A stretch of 64,000 bases of DNA from NCBI RefSeq assembly GCF_001194135.2, contig NC_068983.1, forward strand, positions 7,218,351 through 7,282,350, written 5' to 3'. Position 1 is the stretch's first letter; every line of letters starts with the position of its first letter. The notes beneath the pieces are model-generated. The model ran no database searches, was not told where the DNA came from, and saw only the letters and a list, made by a program, of their open reading frames with translations. The translations under genes and the position numbers were made by a program. Source of the stretch: Octopus bimaculoides. Lineage: Eukaryota. Of this stretch, positions 11,786 to 24,055 are shown in pieces.

Positions 11786-14331
11786 CTGGAAAAATTTCAA
11801 ACAAGATTGTGGTTCAGTTAAAAAAGTATTGTCTACAAGAGCAACAAAAGTGATTTAAAACAATACGTGTGAGAGCCCTGGGTACCTTTATAGCACCCAG
11901 CTCTGGTGTTAGTGTGGCTTGGTATCCAGGTATGTTATTATATATATAAACATATATATATTTGAATTATGCAATAGAAGCAGCTCTAGAGTAAGATCTT
12001 TATATAACATATTTCATGTCATTCAATTTATGATCAATTCTTATTTAAAGGTAAAAGAAATATATAGACCAGATGAAAGGTAACATGTAGCCAGGTTTTA
12101 ATATCTGTGCTGTGTACCCAGTAAAGGACCACCTCAGCAGGAGCCCTAAGCAAGACATTAAAGGTGGATGCCATCAGTCTCTCATTGCTTGGAAACCTTT
12201 TTTGTATAAGTGTATCATTGCAGTATGTGTGACGACAGTCCTAACCCTCATTATCAAATCTGCTTTTACCATTCACCCCTCTTTTAACCGTACAAACACA
12301 GGTATTATCATCACACATCTTGATCAAGTCATGCCAGAGATAAGCTACTTTCACAAACAGAGACCTTGTGAATAATGAACAGGGGAACAACAACCAGGCC
12401 TCCTTTCGCTGCATAAATACACAATCAGGACACAGATCAAAGAAAGAGACGCGTACTTCACCCTTTCTAATCACAAACACAACTAAAACCTTCAGTGTCT
12501 TTCCAAATACTTCTAGGGCCTCACGACACCTAATTATCTCTTGTGGTGGCCTGACATGTATCATGTTGCTTGAACTGCACTGCAAAGACGACTTCCATAG
12601 GGTAATCAGAAAACACAAATATTCCTGCCTTGGTCAGTTACTGGACCCAATGGGAACCTAAAGTAAGATCCACACAGGAGAAATATTTGAATTTTCAGGC
12701 ACATCTATGGGACAGTTTTGCCTCTATACATACACACACATGCACATACAGACACTGATAGATAGACCACATCCAAAAGCAAACCACCCAGTCTTATTAG
12801 CAATCAATCACTCAGCAAACATACTTCAGCCACTGGCTTACAGACATGCTGTGCCCTCCCTGTCCCCTCTACTTCCACAATAACAGCCTCTACTCTCTTC
12901 TGAACCAGTTAGCTGCATACTCCTGATTCCTCTCTCTGTGTCACTTCTAGTTCTACAATAACAGCCTCTACTCTCTTCGGAACTAGCTATATACTCTTCC
13001 TGTTTCTTCTCTCTGACCCCTCTACTGCTAGTAATAACAGCTTCTACTTTCTTCTAAACCAATTAGCTACGTATGGCTTTTACTCAATCCTCCTTGACAC
13101 GTGCTTTTCCCCTCCCTTCACCCCTACCATGTCTCACTTTGCCCAATCCTACCTCTTTAAAACTCTAACTCTTCAGAATCACATTCTTGTAGACACCAAG
13201 AGATGTTCAAACATTGGCTGCAGTAGTCTCACCAGTGTAGGAGACAATTCAAAGGTCACAACATCCTAACATATATATATCTAGCAATATGATCTTCATG
13301 ACCTAAAATATCTACCAGCCCCCTACAGTATTGTCATTTTATATATGCTGTTTGTTTTTATCCCTTCTACATTAATTTCCCCACACTTGCTTGGTCGGAA
13401 TGGTTTACTTGTTTTTAAAACTGGATGTTGCTCTTCCAATCATTGAACCAACCAACTGAAGTGAAATTGGAGTGAAGTCTTTGTTGTTTAACCATGCAAA
13501 CCAAAGCAATTAGTTTAATGACCAATCAATTCTGTGTGGTCGTTAGCCTGCTCACCTTAAGCTTCATAATTTAAAATAATTCATTCCATGCTGGCAATCT
13601 TTAAATTCAGCTTGGTAAAAAAAATACAAACAAACAAGTGAACACAAACAATCTGTTTTAATGAATTTAAAAAGCCTGACTGTGGCTTACAACAGCAAAA
13701 AAGATTCCTTACCGAGGTGTTGAATTAGCTAAATAGATAAGTTACCAGTTAATTGGTTTAACCCTTTCGTTACCATATTACAGATGAGATGCCTTGTGTT
13801 TCTTTCAATTAGTTTTAAATATAACAGAGAACTTAGTAAAATAACTTAGTAAAATAACTTAGTTATCATTCAGCTAGTGTCAGGAACATAAATTGTGACT
13901 AAGGTTTGGTGGAAGATTTTAATCCAGAACTTTTGAAAACAAGACATTTGTACTACTGAGCCAGAGGTGGTTTCAGGCAGGTTGGCATCAAAAGGGTTGA
14001 AATAATAAAAGACAAAAAATCCATTGCCTTCAGCCTATCCTTACAACTGTATTCAAGGCAAGGCGCTGAATTTATTCCACACTTATTTGATCAACAAAGA
14101 ATGTAAATGCTAACTATGGTAGAATTTGGTACGACCTGATGGAACTTGTATTATTGTCCAAGTAAAAAATGGGATGATTGTTTAAAGGATGATTTGATCA
14201 CTTAGGCTGCTTAATTAGGGTTCACCTGGCGCTAAACAACAATGACCATTTAGTGCCCCTTGGTAGGGTTTTATTTCTTCATTTTCACCTTCCATCTCAC
14301 CCTCTATTTCCCATATTAATCTGTGTGTCTC

Positions 14332-14900
14332 AAATCTCTCAGAGATTTATGCAGCAGTGATACGATGAAGTAGTTGTATGCTGTCAACTTAATGTGACAG
14401 TCCCCTGAAGGGAATAATACTACTGTTGGTTAGACCTAGGAAGCTGTACCGCTTCCTGTCGGCCTTGACACATTTCCTGTGTCCTTATGTTTACAAGGGG
14501 GAGACAACAGNNNNNNNNNNTGTCACATTAAGTTGACAGCATACAACTACTTCATCGTATCACTGCTGCATAAATCTCTCTGAGAGATTTAGAAATGTTA
14601 TATTTCTAAATTTGAAATCAGTGAATGTATTTCACTAGAATTATTATATGTTTACAAGAGCTTGACAGGCATCTTCGACTAGCAGGTCATGCTACTCCAG
14701 ACTGATGACGAGCAAAGACTCAGAAACATGTCTCTGGATGCAGGCTTAGCTGGGTGGAGGTGCTTGTCTCCCCCTTGTAAACATAAGGACACAGGAAATG
14801 TGTCAAGGCCGACAGGAAGCGGTGCAGCTTCCTAGGTCTAACCAACAGTAGTATTATTCCCTTCAGGAGACTGTCACATTAAGTTAACAGCATACAACTA
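14332..14900 (+). mobile_element. Retrozyme/Penelope-like repeat: 351-nt monomer plus partial repeat and inverted partial copy
   Basis: tgtcacattaagtt(g/a)acagcatacaacta occurs at 14521 and 14872 (period 351). 14332-14507 is the reverse complement of 14764-14871 joined to 14521-14590. Confidence 0.6.
14696..14738 (+). ncRNA. Minimal type I hammerhead-ribozyme-like motif
   Basis: TCCAGA-CTGATGA-cGAG(caaaga)CTCa-GAA-ACATGT-C-TCTGGA. 6-bp stem I, palindromic stem III, GUC site ending at 14732; C-A mismatch at the base of stem II. Confidence 0.7.
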
Positions 14901-16449
14901 TAAAACTATAACACAGACTGTTCAATTACATCAATGAAAATGTTAGAGACGGTGACATTAAGACGGAATACCCAGACTCACAAACCTATTTGGTCAGGAG
15001 TTTGATAGGACTCAAAGACAAACTTTTTCACTAAACCTGTCCCAAGCCTTTTGATAAGTCTGTCTTAAATGTCCGTCCTTGGTTTCAGATTTTTAGTCAG
15101 CCCTTGTTTCTAAGTAATATAAAGATCTTCTTTCATAAGTCCCAAGTTACTCTGGTGGTTGAAAAAATTGGGAATATGTTTCATATATGATGTATGGATA
15201 CCAGGGAAATACATCCTGTGTATAACATGTAATAATAGAGAGAGAAAAAAACAAACTATATTTGATGGCATAAAAGACACACAAACATATTAGATACACC
15301 ACAATTTCAGCAGCACATAGTCAAGAAAAATAGTTCAGACCCAACTTTGTATAAAGGGCTTTTTCAAGACATTTTTTGCAGAGAGGCAAAAAGTGTACTC
15401 ATATACCTTCTAAAACATAAAGTAAATATTTTAACAACCTTGCTAAAGAAACGCAGCAATAAAGCTACAAACCATTTTTTAAATAATTAAACAAGAAAAA
15501 AAAAAAGAGAAACAAAATGTAATTAATTAGTTGAAAGACCCCAATATATGAGAACGATATTAATGACTGAAATATTGTTATTGAAACAAATTATATTAGA
15601 TGTGAAATGAAAAATATTAACATTGTTTGTTTGGTTGTTTGTTTTTACCACTGCATGCAATTTTAGGACAACACTTGAACAATGAAAAAAAAAAAAAAAT
15701 ACAGGTGTAAAGCTTCGTTAATTAAGATAGAAACACATGCACCAAGCAAAACAAGATGAGGAATGAAGTTAGAAATTATAATTTCACAAACCAAAACATT
15801 TCAATTACACATCAGATAAATCACATATATGTGTTGATTTAAGATGATATTATTATTGGTATTATTATATTTATTATTATTATAATGATAAAGGCAGCGA
15901 GCTGGCAGAAGCGTCAGCACACCGGGCGAAATGCTTGGCGGTATTTCGTCTGTCTTTACGTTCTGAGTTCAAATTCTAAACACAAGGCTGGACGAAATGT
16001 GGCAAAGTATTTTGCCCAGCATGCTAATGATTCTGCCAGTTCACCACCTTAATAATAATATTAATAATAATGATGATGATGATGATGATGATGGGGTTCA
16101 AATTTTGGCACAATGCCAGCAATTTTGGAAGTGAGGGCTAGTCAATTACATTGACCCTTGTGCTCAACTGGTACTTATTCTATCGACCCTGAAAGGATGA
16201 ATTTGGATTCGAACATAAAGATGGATGAAATGCCACTATGGCATGCTAGCGACTTTGTCAGCACTCGGCCTTAATAATAATAATAATAACAACAACAACA
16301 ACAACAACAACAAAATAAATTTTTAAAATTAAACAAACAAAACACAAAAATATTTAGAAAAAACACAAATTGAAACGATTGAGATGGGGGAGGCAAAAGA
16401 GGGGATGATGATGATGATGACAGAATTGCAATTAAAAAGGGGCTGGATT

Positions 16450-16487
<38 letters not shown>

Positions 16488-16578
16488 GATGTAAAGTTGA
16501 AAGAAAAATAAACTGCCAGGTGGGGAAACATTGGAACAGATAGGTGACTGCATCTACTCAACAGAAACTATGACTCAC

Positions 16579-16617
16579 CTGAGTTCTGGTGACATATTCA
16601 TTCAGACGCACTAAATA
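16579..16617 (-). CDS. NISCH: Probable small nischarin linker exon
   Basis: gttaaccag|YLVRLNEYVTRTQ|gtgagt, 39 nt, phase 0-0, strong donor. Confidence 0.5.
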
Positions 16618-17075
16618 CTGGTTAACAGGGAAACAGTTCTGTGTGATGACGATGATGATGATGATTACATGATCTTGTGTAATTAAGTAGCAATGAGTAA
16701 ATAGTTATTAGAAACGTTGAAAACTGACTAAACTAAGATGAGTTAATAAAAATCTGTCTTTGAAAAGAATCGGATTTCTTTAAAGAAGAGTAATGTTAAT
16801 ATTTATGGTTTTAATCTGTTAAGTGGGGAAGTACGATAAGAGAGAGAGAGAAAGAGAGAGAGACTGAGAGAGAATGTGTGTGTGTGTGTGTTGTTGAGAT
16901 AAACAAGTATTTAAGTAAGCAACTCAACACTTAAGTCTCTCTCTCTCTCACACACACACACACATACACAGAAGCCCACTCCCCACCCCCAAAAATAAAA
17001 CTTAAGTAATAGTTGGAACATACACGCATGTACACACAAATACAGAGAAACATTACTCTGAGATGAATAAGAACC

Positions 17076-17106
<31 letters not shown>

Positions 17107-19092
17107 TGCTCCTCAACTGTCTTTGAGAAAACAAAAAAGAGAAAAAGAAAATGACAACCAATTAGATCAATTTTGCCCTCAACGAGTCACATTTAAAGGA
17201 AAACTGATGAATCACAGATCAAATGATAAAGGAGTCTTTATGTCTAAAGCATTAATAAATTCAATCTTAGAAAATTCAGATAGACAGGCACACACACACA
17301 CACACACACATATGAGGCTACATGAAAAGCACAGTTGCCAGTGTCACATAAAATGTATACACANNNNNNNNNNNNNNNNNNNNNNNNNNNNNNNNNNNNN
17401 NNNNNNNNNNNNNNNNNNNNNNNNNNNNNNNNNNNNNNNNNNNNNNNNNNNNNNNNNNNNNNNNNNNNNNNNNNNNNNNNNNNNNNNNNNNNNNNNNNNN
17501 NNNNNNNNNNNNNNNNNNNNNNNNNNNNNNNNNNNNNNNNNNNNNNNNNNNNNNNNNNNNNNNNNNNNNNNNNNNNNNNNNNNNNNNNNNNNNNNNNNNN
17601 NNNNNNNNNNNNNNNNNNNNNNNNNNNNNNNNNNNNNNNNNNNNNNNNNNNNNNNNNNNNNNNNNNNNNNNNNNNNNNNNNNNNNNNNNNNNNNNNNNNN
17701 NNNNNNNNNNNNNNNNNNNNNNNNNNNNNNNNNNNNNNNNNNNNNNNNNNNNNNNNNNNNNNNNNNNNNNNNNNNNNNNNNNNNNNNNNNNNNNNNNNNN
17801 NNNNNNNNNNNNNNNNNNNNNNNNNNNNNNNNNNNNNNNNNNNNNNNNNNNNNNNNNNNNNNNNNNNNNNNNNNNNNNNNNNNNNNNNNNNNNNNNNNNN
17901 NNNNNNNNNNNNNNNNNNNNNNNNNNNNNNNNNNNNNNNNNNNNNNNNNAAAAAAAAAAAAGAAAATGCATCCAGTACGCTCTGTGAAGTGGTTGGTGCT
18001 ATTTAGGTCTCAGGTGGTAAATACTGAATTCTGCTGACTAGGCACAAAGTCAATGCCAGACAGGGAGAGAGTAAAAGGAAAAGGAGAGAGAGAGAGAGAG
18101 GAAACAGAGAGAGAGAGGAGAGAGAGAGAGAGAAAGAAGAAAGAGAGGATCAGGTGTATTTAGTTATGTCATTGGTACTGTTTTTATTTTCTCATGCAAA
18201 ACAGATAAAAAGTGAAAATCAGCCATAGCAGGATTTGAACTCACAAACAAGAGTTCATAAACATGACACAATGAAGCAATCTAGTCAAGAACTGCAGTAG
18301 ATAGATAAATTATCTAACTACTTCGCTATAGTTGATGAATTAAATATTAGCTGGAGAAATCTTCAGGCATAGAACTAAATTAAGAAAATGACACTTCACA
18401 CCAAACTGAAGCTGATGGAGCCAAGACATGCTAGAAATAGCTGTTAAACCTCCCAACGACAATAACAACTAATGTTGAGAATGAAGTCAACATTATTGAC
18501 TTGAACATTTGCTGAGATCATCACAATTCCAGCCAGAAAATCAGAATGATATCTAAGGAAATGTTTAGAGAAACAAGAACTAAAGGCTATTCATAAAAGC
18601 TTGTCAAAGATCAGCCAGAGTGAGAATGAAGTGAAAAGCTAAGGCATGCCAGCTCTCGAGTTACTAAAGAGGTTAATAAACTAAACATTAATCTGTACTA
18701 ATATAAGTGGAGGTCATCACAGATTAATAGTAGTGGTACTACTAGTAGTAGAGGTGATAATTAGTTCAAGGGAAAATTTAGACTTATCTCTAAAGATTCT
18801 CAATATCTCATTAAATTAGATTTTAAGGATTAAAAAAAAAAAATGTTTAGCAGTTGAAATTATTAAAATGGAAACATCACCTAATTGGCAGCAAGCCATG
18901 ACACTTGGCTGAAATGTATACAAGAAATAAAACATGAGAAAAGATTGTTTGTGTTAAATGTGTTAAAGAGATGGACAAAATGGACAGAAGTAAATACAGA
19001 ATTGACTGAACAAAAGACGAAGTAGTGGAAATATATTGAAGAGAAGAAGAGAATAGATGGGTTTCGAGTCTTTTGGATTGAGCTGTACTCAC

Positions 19093-19129
19093 TACTTTCA
19101 GAGTAGATGGGTGTGTGGTGGGTGTTAAC
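19093..19129 (-). CDS. NISCH: Probable small nischarin linker exon
   Basis: ttctacag|(W)LTPTTHPSTLKV|gtgagt, 37 nt, phase 2-0. Completes the TG|G Trp codon. Confidence 0.6.
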
Positions 19130-20533
19130 CTGTAGAACAGACAGCAACAGGGTTTATAGTGAGGATGGCTATGATGGTGGTTATGACAGTATATGGCGGT
19201 GGAGGTAGAGTGATGGCAGGGTGCTGGCGATGTGCTGACGTATGAGTTGATGTGACAGTAGCTGTGATGCTGGTTGAAGTGATAACTGTCAAGATAGGTG
19301 TAGAGATAGGATGGTGGTTGAAGTATACAGTGATGGTTACTGTGGTAGTGATGGTCATAGTGGTAGCATGACAATGGCTGTAGTAGTGTGAAGGTAGGTA
19401 TAGCATGCATGACAATGGTTATGATGTGTATGTGTGTGTAATAGTGTTGTCCTAAGTATAAGCACATTGGGAAAATGTCCAGATAGCCTTATACTAATTT
19501 ATATTTGTGGTAGATTGCTGCCAGTTAATAAAATCTATAAACCCTGGTGCATTGCTTTACCCAGGGGCATATAATGCTGTAAAGACAGTGCTTATGATGG
19601 TCTGAATCTTGTACCTAACCTATTATGAACAACACACAAAACCATCTGAGTTACTTTGACTCTAGACCTTGCCAACTATAGAGTTACTAAACATGTTAAT
19701 CAACCAAACATTAAACTGTACTTATATATACAAAAGTGGAGATCATCACAGACTAATTGTACAACTAATAGTAGTAGTGGTGGTGGTAATTAGTTAAAGA
19801 GAAAATTTAGATTGATAATTTTTGCTGCTAATTTCAACTTACATAACAATTAAAACTGCATCTCAAATACATGAGATGACTTTTGATGGTGATCCCACTT
19901 ACATAACAAAACTGCATCTCTAAGACAAGAGATGATCTTTGCTGGTGTTCTGCATCTCAAAGACAAGGCTTTCTATTCAGAATCAGAAAATACTTCAGCA
20001 CTGATTTGTTACTAAACATCTATAAAACTCAGATAATATTCGCAATATATATACATGATGTTAATACTGTTAGACACCATACAAGCATTGTAGGAAACAT
20101 CCAGAAGAAGGCTACATGAGCATTTGTCAATAAATTACTAATACTTTACAACCTCTGGCTTACAGACACACTGCTTCCTCATTCACACTACTTATTCTAT
20201 AGCTACTACAACAGCCTCTAGTCCTATAAACTAGCTACCTCCATACCCTCTGACTTAAAGACACACTACCTAATCTACAACAATATCCTTTGTTCCTCTG
20301 AAAGTATCTAGCTTATACATCAGACAAACTGACTTACTTTCCTATCATATACACTGCCTATAATTCTACAGTACTCTTCTTAACTAGTTAGTTATGTAAT
20401 CTCATTCAGGCCCAACAGACACGTTCATCTACCACATCTCTCAAGCTCTGCATTAAGCACTTTCCCAATACTTCCTCTCCCTATAACAAAAACCCTCTGG
20501 AACTTCATTACTTCCTATCTACATTTTTCCTAC

Positions 20534-20588
20534 CAGATGTCAACCTTCAGCTGTCCAAACTGAACATTAGACACATCAGTCTGACAGT
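20534..20588 (-). CDS. NISCH: Probable small nischarin linker exon
   Basis: ctcccag|(D)CQTDVSNVQFGQLKVDI+TG|gtagga, 55 nt, phase 1-2. Phases chain with both neighbours. Confidence 0.65.
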
Positions 20589-20646
20589 CTGGGAGAGAGA
20601 ATAGCAAAGAACTGAACACAGTTTCTCTCCATCTTGTTAAACAATT

Positions 20647-20688
<42 letters not shown>

Positions 20689-21416
20689 TGTGTATGTGTG
20701 TGTGTGTGAACATACATAAGATTGTAAGCATGTGTATATACAAGTGAATATATGCATGCGTACATGCATGGCAATGCAGGTGTGTTTATATGTGTGGGAA
20801 TGTGTGTGTGTGTGTTTACATGTGTGGGAATGAGTGCATACGTTTGTGTGAACGCAAGTATATGTGTGTGTGTGTGTGTGTGTGAATGTGCCTAAGTGTA
20901 CCTAACGGCGAGAATGAATGTGATAGGGATTAAAGGAGCTCCCTATTTATCCAAAACAGAGTTAAGTATAATCGACAAATTTTCAGATGTCTTTAGTTTG
21001 AAAGCATACACGATAATGTAGTAGCAGTAATAATAGTGTAGATGGTGATAATAATAGTGGCCATACTGTACTGATGTTGTAGTAGCACTAGTAGAAGTAG
21101 TAGTATAGTAAAATAAATAAACTGAGATGACAAGGCCAACTTACAAATGAGTTGTCGTAGAAGACTGTAAAGTAAATTTGAAGTCAGGCACAGTTACTAG
21201 AGTGACAACAGCAATAACAGCCATGTTTCAGCAGTACAATAGTAGCTATAGAAGACCGAAGACAACATTCATAAGTGAGGGTCATGGTCATGCAACAGCA
21301 ACACAATACAGAGGTTGCACCACGTGCAGGGAACTGAAGATTGCATTCAGAGGTTAGGGGTAGTCATGCTGCAGGGTGTGTGTGTGTGTGTGTCCATGCA
21401 TGTGTGCATGCGTGTG

Positions 21417-21448
<32 letters not shown>

Positions 21449-22592
21449 GGGAGAATTCACAAAACAACAAAAGACGAAGACAGGTGGTGTAGAAAGCAAA
21501 CAGATGTATTCGTATAACGCTTGGGAATTGAAAAAGTCTTTAACGTTTCGAGCNNNNNNNNNNNNNNNNNNNNNNNNNNNNNNNNNNNNNNNNNNNNNNN
21601 NNNNNNNNNNNNNNNNNNNNNNNNNNNNNNNNNNNNNNNNNNNNNNNNNNNNNNNNNNNNNNNNNNNNNNNNNNNNNNNNNNNNNNNNNNNNNNNNNNNN
21701 NNNNNNNNNNNNNNNNNNNNNNNNNNNNNNNNNNNNNNNNNNNNNNNNNNNNNNNNNNNNNNNNNNNNNNNNNNNNNNNNNNNNNNNNNNNNNNNNNNNN
21801 NNNNNNNNNNNNNNNNNNNNNNNNNNNNNNNNNNNNNNNNNNNNNNNNNNNNNNNNNNNNNNNNNNNNNNNNNNNNNNNNNNNNNNNNNNNNNNNNNNNN
21901 NNNNNNNNNNNNNNNNNNNNNNNNNNNNNNNNNNNNNNNNNNNNNNNNNNNNNNNNNNNNNNNNNNNNNNNNNNNNNNNNNNNNNNNNNNNNNNNNNNNN
22001 NNNNNNNNNNNNNNNNNNNNNNNNNNNNNNNNNNNNNNNNNNNNNNNNNNNNNNNNNNNNNNNNNNNNNNNNNNNNNNNNNNNNNNNNNNNNNNNNNNNN
22101 NNNNNNNNNNNNNNNNNNNNNNNNNNATATATATAGGGTTGAGGAGGGTATTGGATTTAACCAAACTCAAGAGGATTTTATATATTTACATATATATATA
22201 TATATATATGATTGTGACTTGTTCATAATTATAAACATTTTTCTTTTTCATATTTTATGATAGCATGTTTGGCCATTGATATATTCATAAATAATCTTAA
22301 TTATTTTTATAAATCATTTGTAATGTTTTTACATTACTCTCTACTTATATATATAAAAGCTTCTTTTGGTTTTCCCTCTACCAAAGCACTCACAAAGTTA
22401 TGGTCAGCCAGGGGCTGTAAAAGAAAACACTTGCACAAAATGCCACAGAGAGGAACTGAATCCAAAACCATCTGATTGGGAAACAAACTTCTTAACCATG
22501 GAGCCATTTATATTTCAGAAGCAATAGGGAAGAGAAGCTACAAGATGCTTCAGGTCGAGGATCAGAGAGTATAAAAGAGAGAGACTGGCAGT

Positions 22593-22630
<38 letters not shown>

Positions 22631-22998
22631 GGCGGAGAAGAGAACCATGGTCAGGGGCAGTGGGAAGAGAAGAGAAAGCAAGGCAGTGAAAAGGAAAGAG
22701 TGGTGGTGGACATGGAGAGAGAAGCAATGGAAAGGAGACAGACAAACAGAGACGAACAGACAGACAAACAGAGACAAACAGACAGGCAATGGGCAGGACG
22801 GGAGATAGGCAAGCAATTTTTGCAGGCAACAGACGGAGAGGGAGACATTAAGTATAAGCAGTTCAAAAGTAGGGGACAGTAGACAGCAAGGATGTATGAG
22901 GAAGACCAGGAAGGCCAGAAGAAAGGGTGAGGCAAGATGAGAAGGGAGTTTTGATAATGGTTGGACTAGCGTTAAGCAATCGATACATACTTGATTAC

Positions 22999-24055
22999 CT
23001 GGCAGAGGAGAATCTGAGAGATCCGACCCCGATGTGTTAAGAGTGTTAGATCCTGTTAGAGTGTCCGTAGGGAGACCAGAGTCAATGATTGTAGTTGAAC
23101 TACTAATGTTAGCATCGGAAATGATGTTAGTAGTGGCACAAGAGTTGAGGGTAGAAGAACAAGCTGTTGAAGAGGTACCGGCTGTTGAAGAGGTACCGGC
23201 TGTTGAAGAGGTACCGGCTGTTGAAGAGGTACAGGCTGTTGAAGAGGTACAGGCTGTTGAAGAGGTACAGGCTGTTGAAGAGGTACAAGCTGTTGAAGAG
23301 GTACAAGCTGTTGAAGAGGTACAAGCTGTTGAAGAGGTACCACCTGTTGAAGAGGTACCACCTGTTGAAGAGGTACCACCTGTTGAAGAGGTACCACCTG
23401 TTGAAGAGGTACCACCTGTTGAAGAGGTACCACCTGTTGAAGAGGTACCACCTGTTGAAGAGGTACCACCTGTTGAAGAGGTACAGGCTGTTGAAGAGGT
23501 ACAGGCTGTTGAAGAGGTACAGGCTGTTGAAGAAGTATCAGCTGTTGAAGAAGTATCAGCTGCTGAAGAGGTACCAGCTGTTGTTACTGCTATTAATGCT
23601 GTAGTAGTAGTAGTAGTAGTAATAGTTGTTATAGTAGTTGTTGCAGTAGAAGTAGTAGTAGTAATGGTTGTAGGAGTAGAAGAGGAGGTTAAACTAGTTG
23701 ATGTAGAATCTGATGCTACTTCTAAAATGGTTCTTCTTACTGTTGTAGTTTCTGTGTCAGATGGTGGTGGTGGTGTTGTTTCTATTGAATTGGTGGTTGT
23801 GTCAGCATTGGCTGACACCGGTGCTTCATCTGTTGTTGCTGCTGTTGTTGTTGTTGCTGCTGCTGCTGCTGCTGTCACCGTGGTTACCAATCTCGGAGCG
23901 TTAGCAGATGCTGCTGCTGTCACTGCTGCAGAGGTGAAAGTGGGAGGTGCAGTTGTAGGAAGCAATTTCGAAGAGAGGGGTGGTGTTGATGACATAACGG
24001 GGAGAGTTGACCGAGGGCTGGAATCTCTGCTCAGAGAATCCACGTCGGAAAAGTT
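22999..24055 (-). CDS. NISCH: Nischarin exon, Ser/Thr-rich low-complexity linker with hexapeptide repeat
   Basis: cctgcag|NFSDVDSLSRDSS...SGSDLSDSPLP+G|gtaatc, 1057 nt, phase 0-1. Open frame fits the upstream phase-0 donor. No recognisable homology; assigned by position and phase. Confidence 0.8.
23163..23576. repeat. Coding minisatellite, 23 x 18 nt
   Basis: Unit gctgttgaagaggtac(cg/ag/aa/ca). On the minus strand it encodes (A/G)(G/D/C)TSST hexapeptides. Confidence 0.95.

Noticed and set aside
12112-12661. Overlapping 87-125 aa ORFs
   Set aside because: No recognisable protein motif and the phases are not needed for the gene model. Probably a decayed repeat.
13233-13610. Three further exon-like segments (13233-13265, 13409-13455, 13556-13610)
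   Set aside because: Canonical-looking splice signals, but none fits the phase chain and one has stops in all frames. They show how often such signals arise by chance.
18877-19467. His/Thr-rich ORFs of 96-196 aa
   Set aside because: Products of a decayed trinucleotide repeat; the Thr-rich frame stops at the 19130 acceptor.
21145-21367. Segment bounded by cag and gtaagt on the minus strand
   Set aside because: Stops in all three frames; no support as a coding exon.
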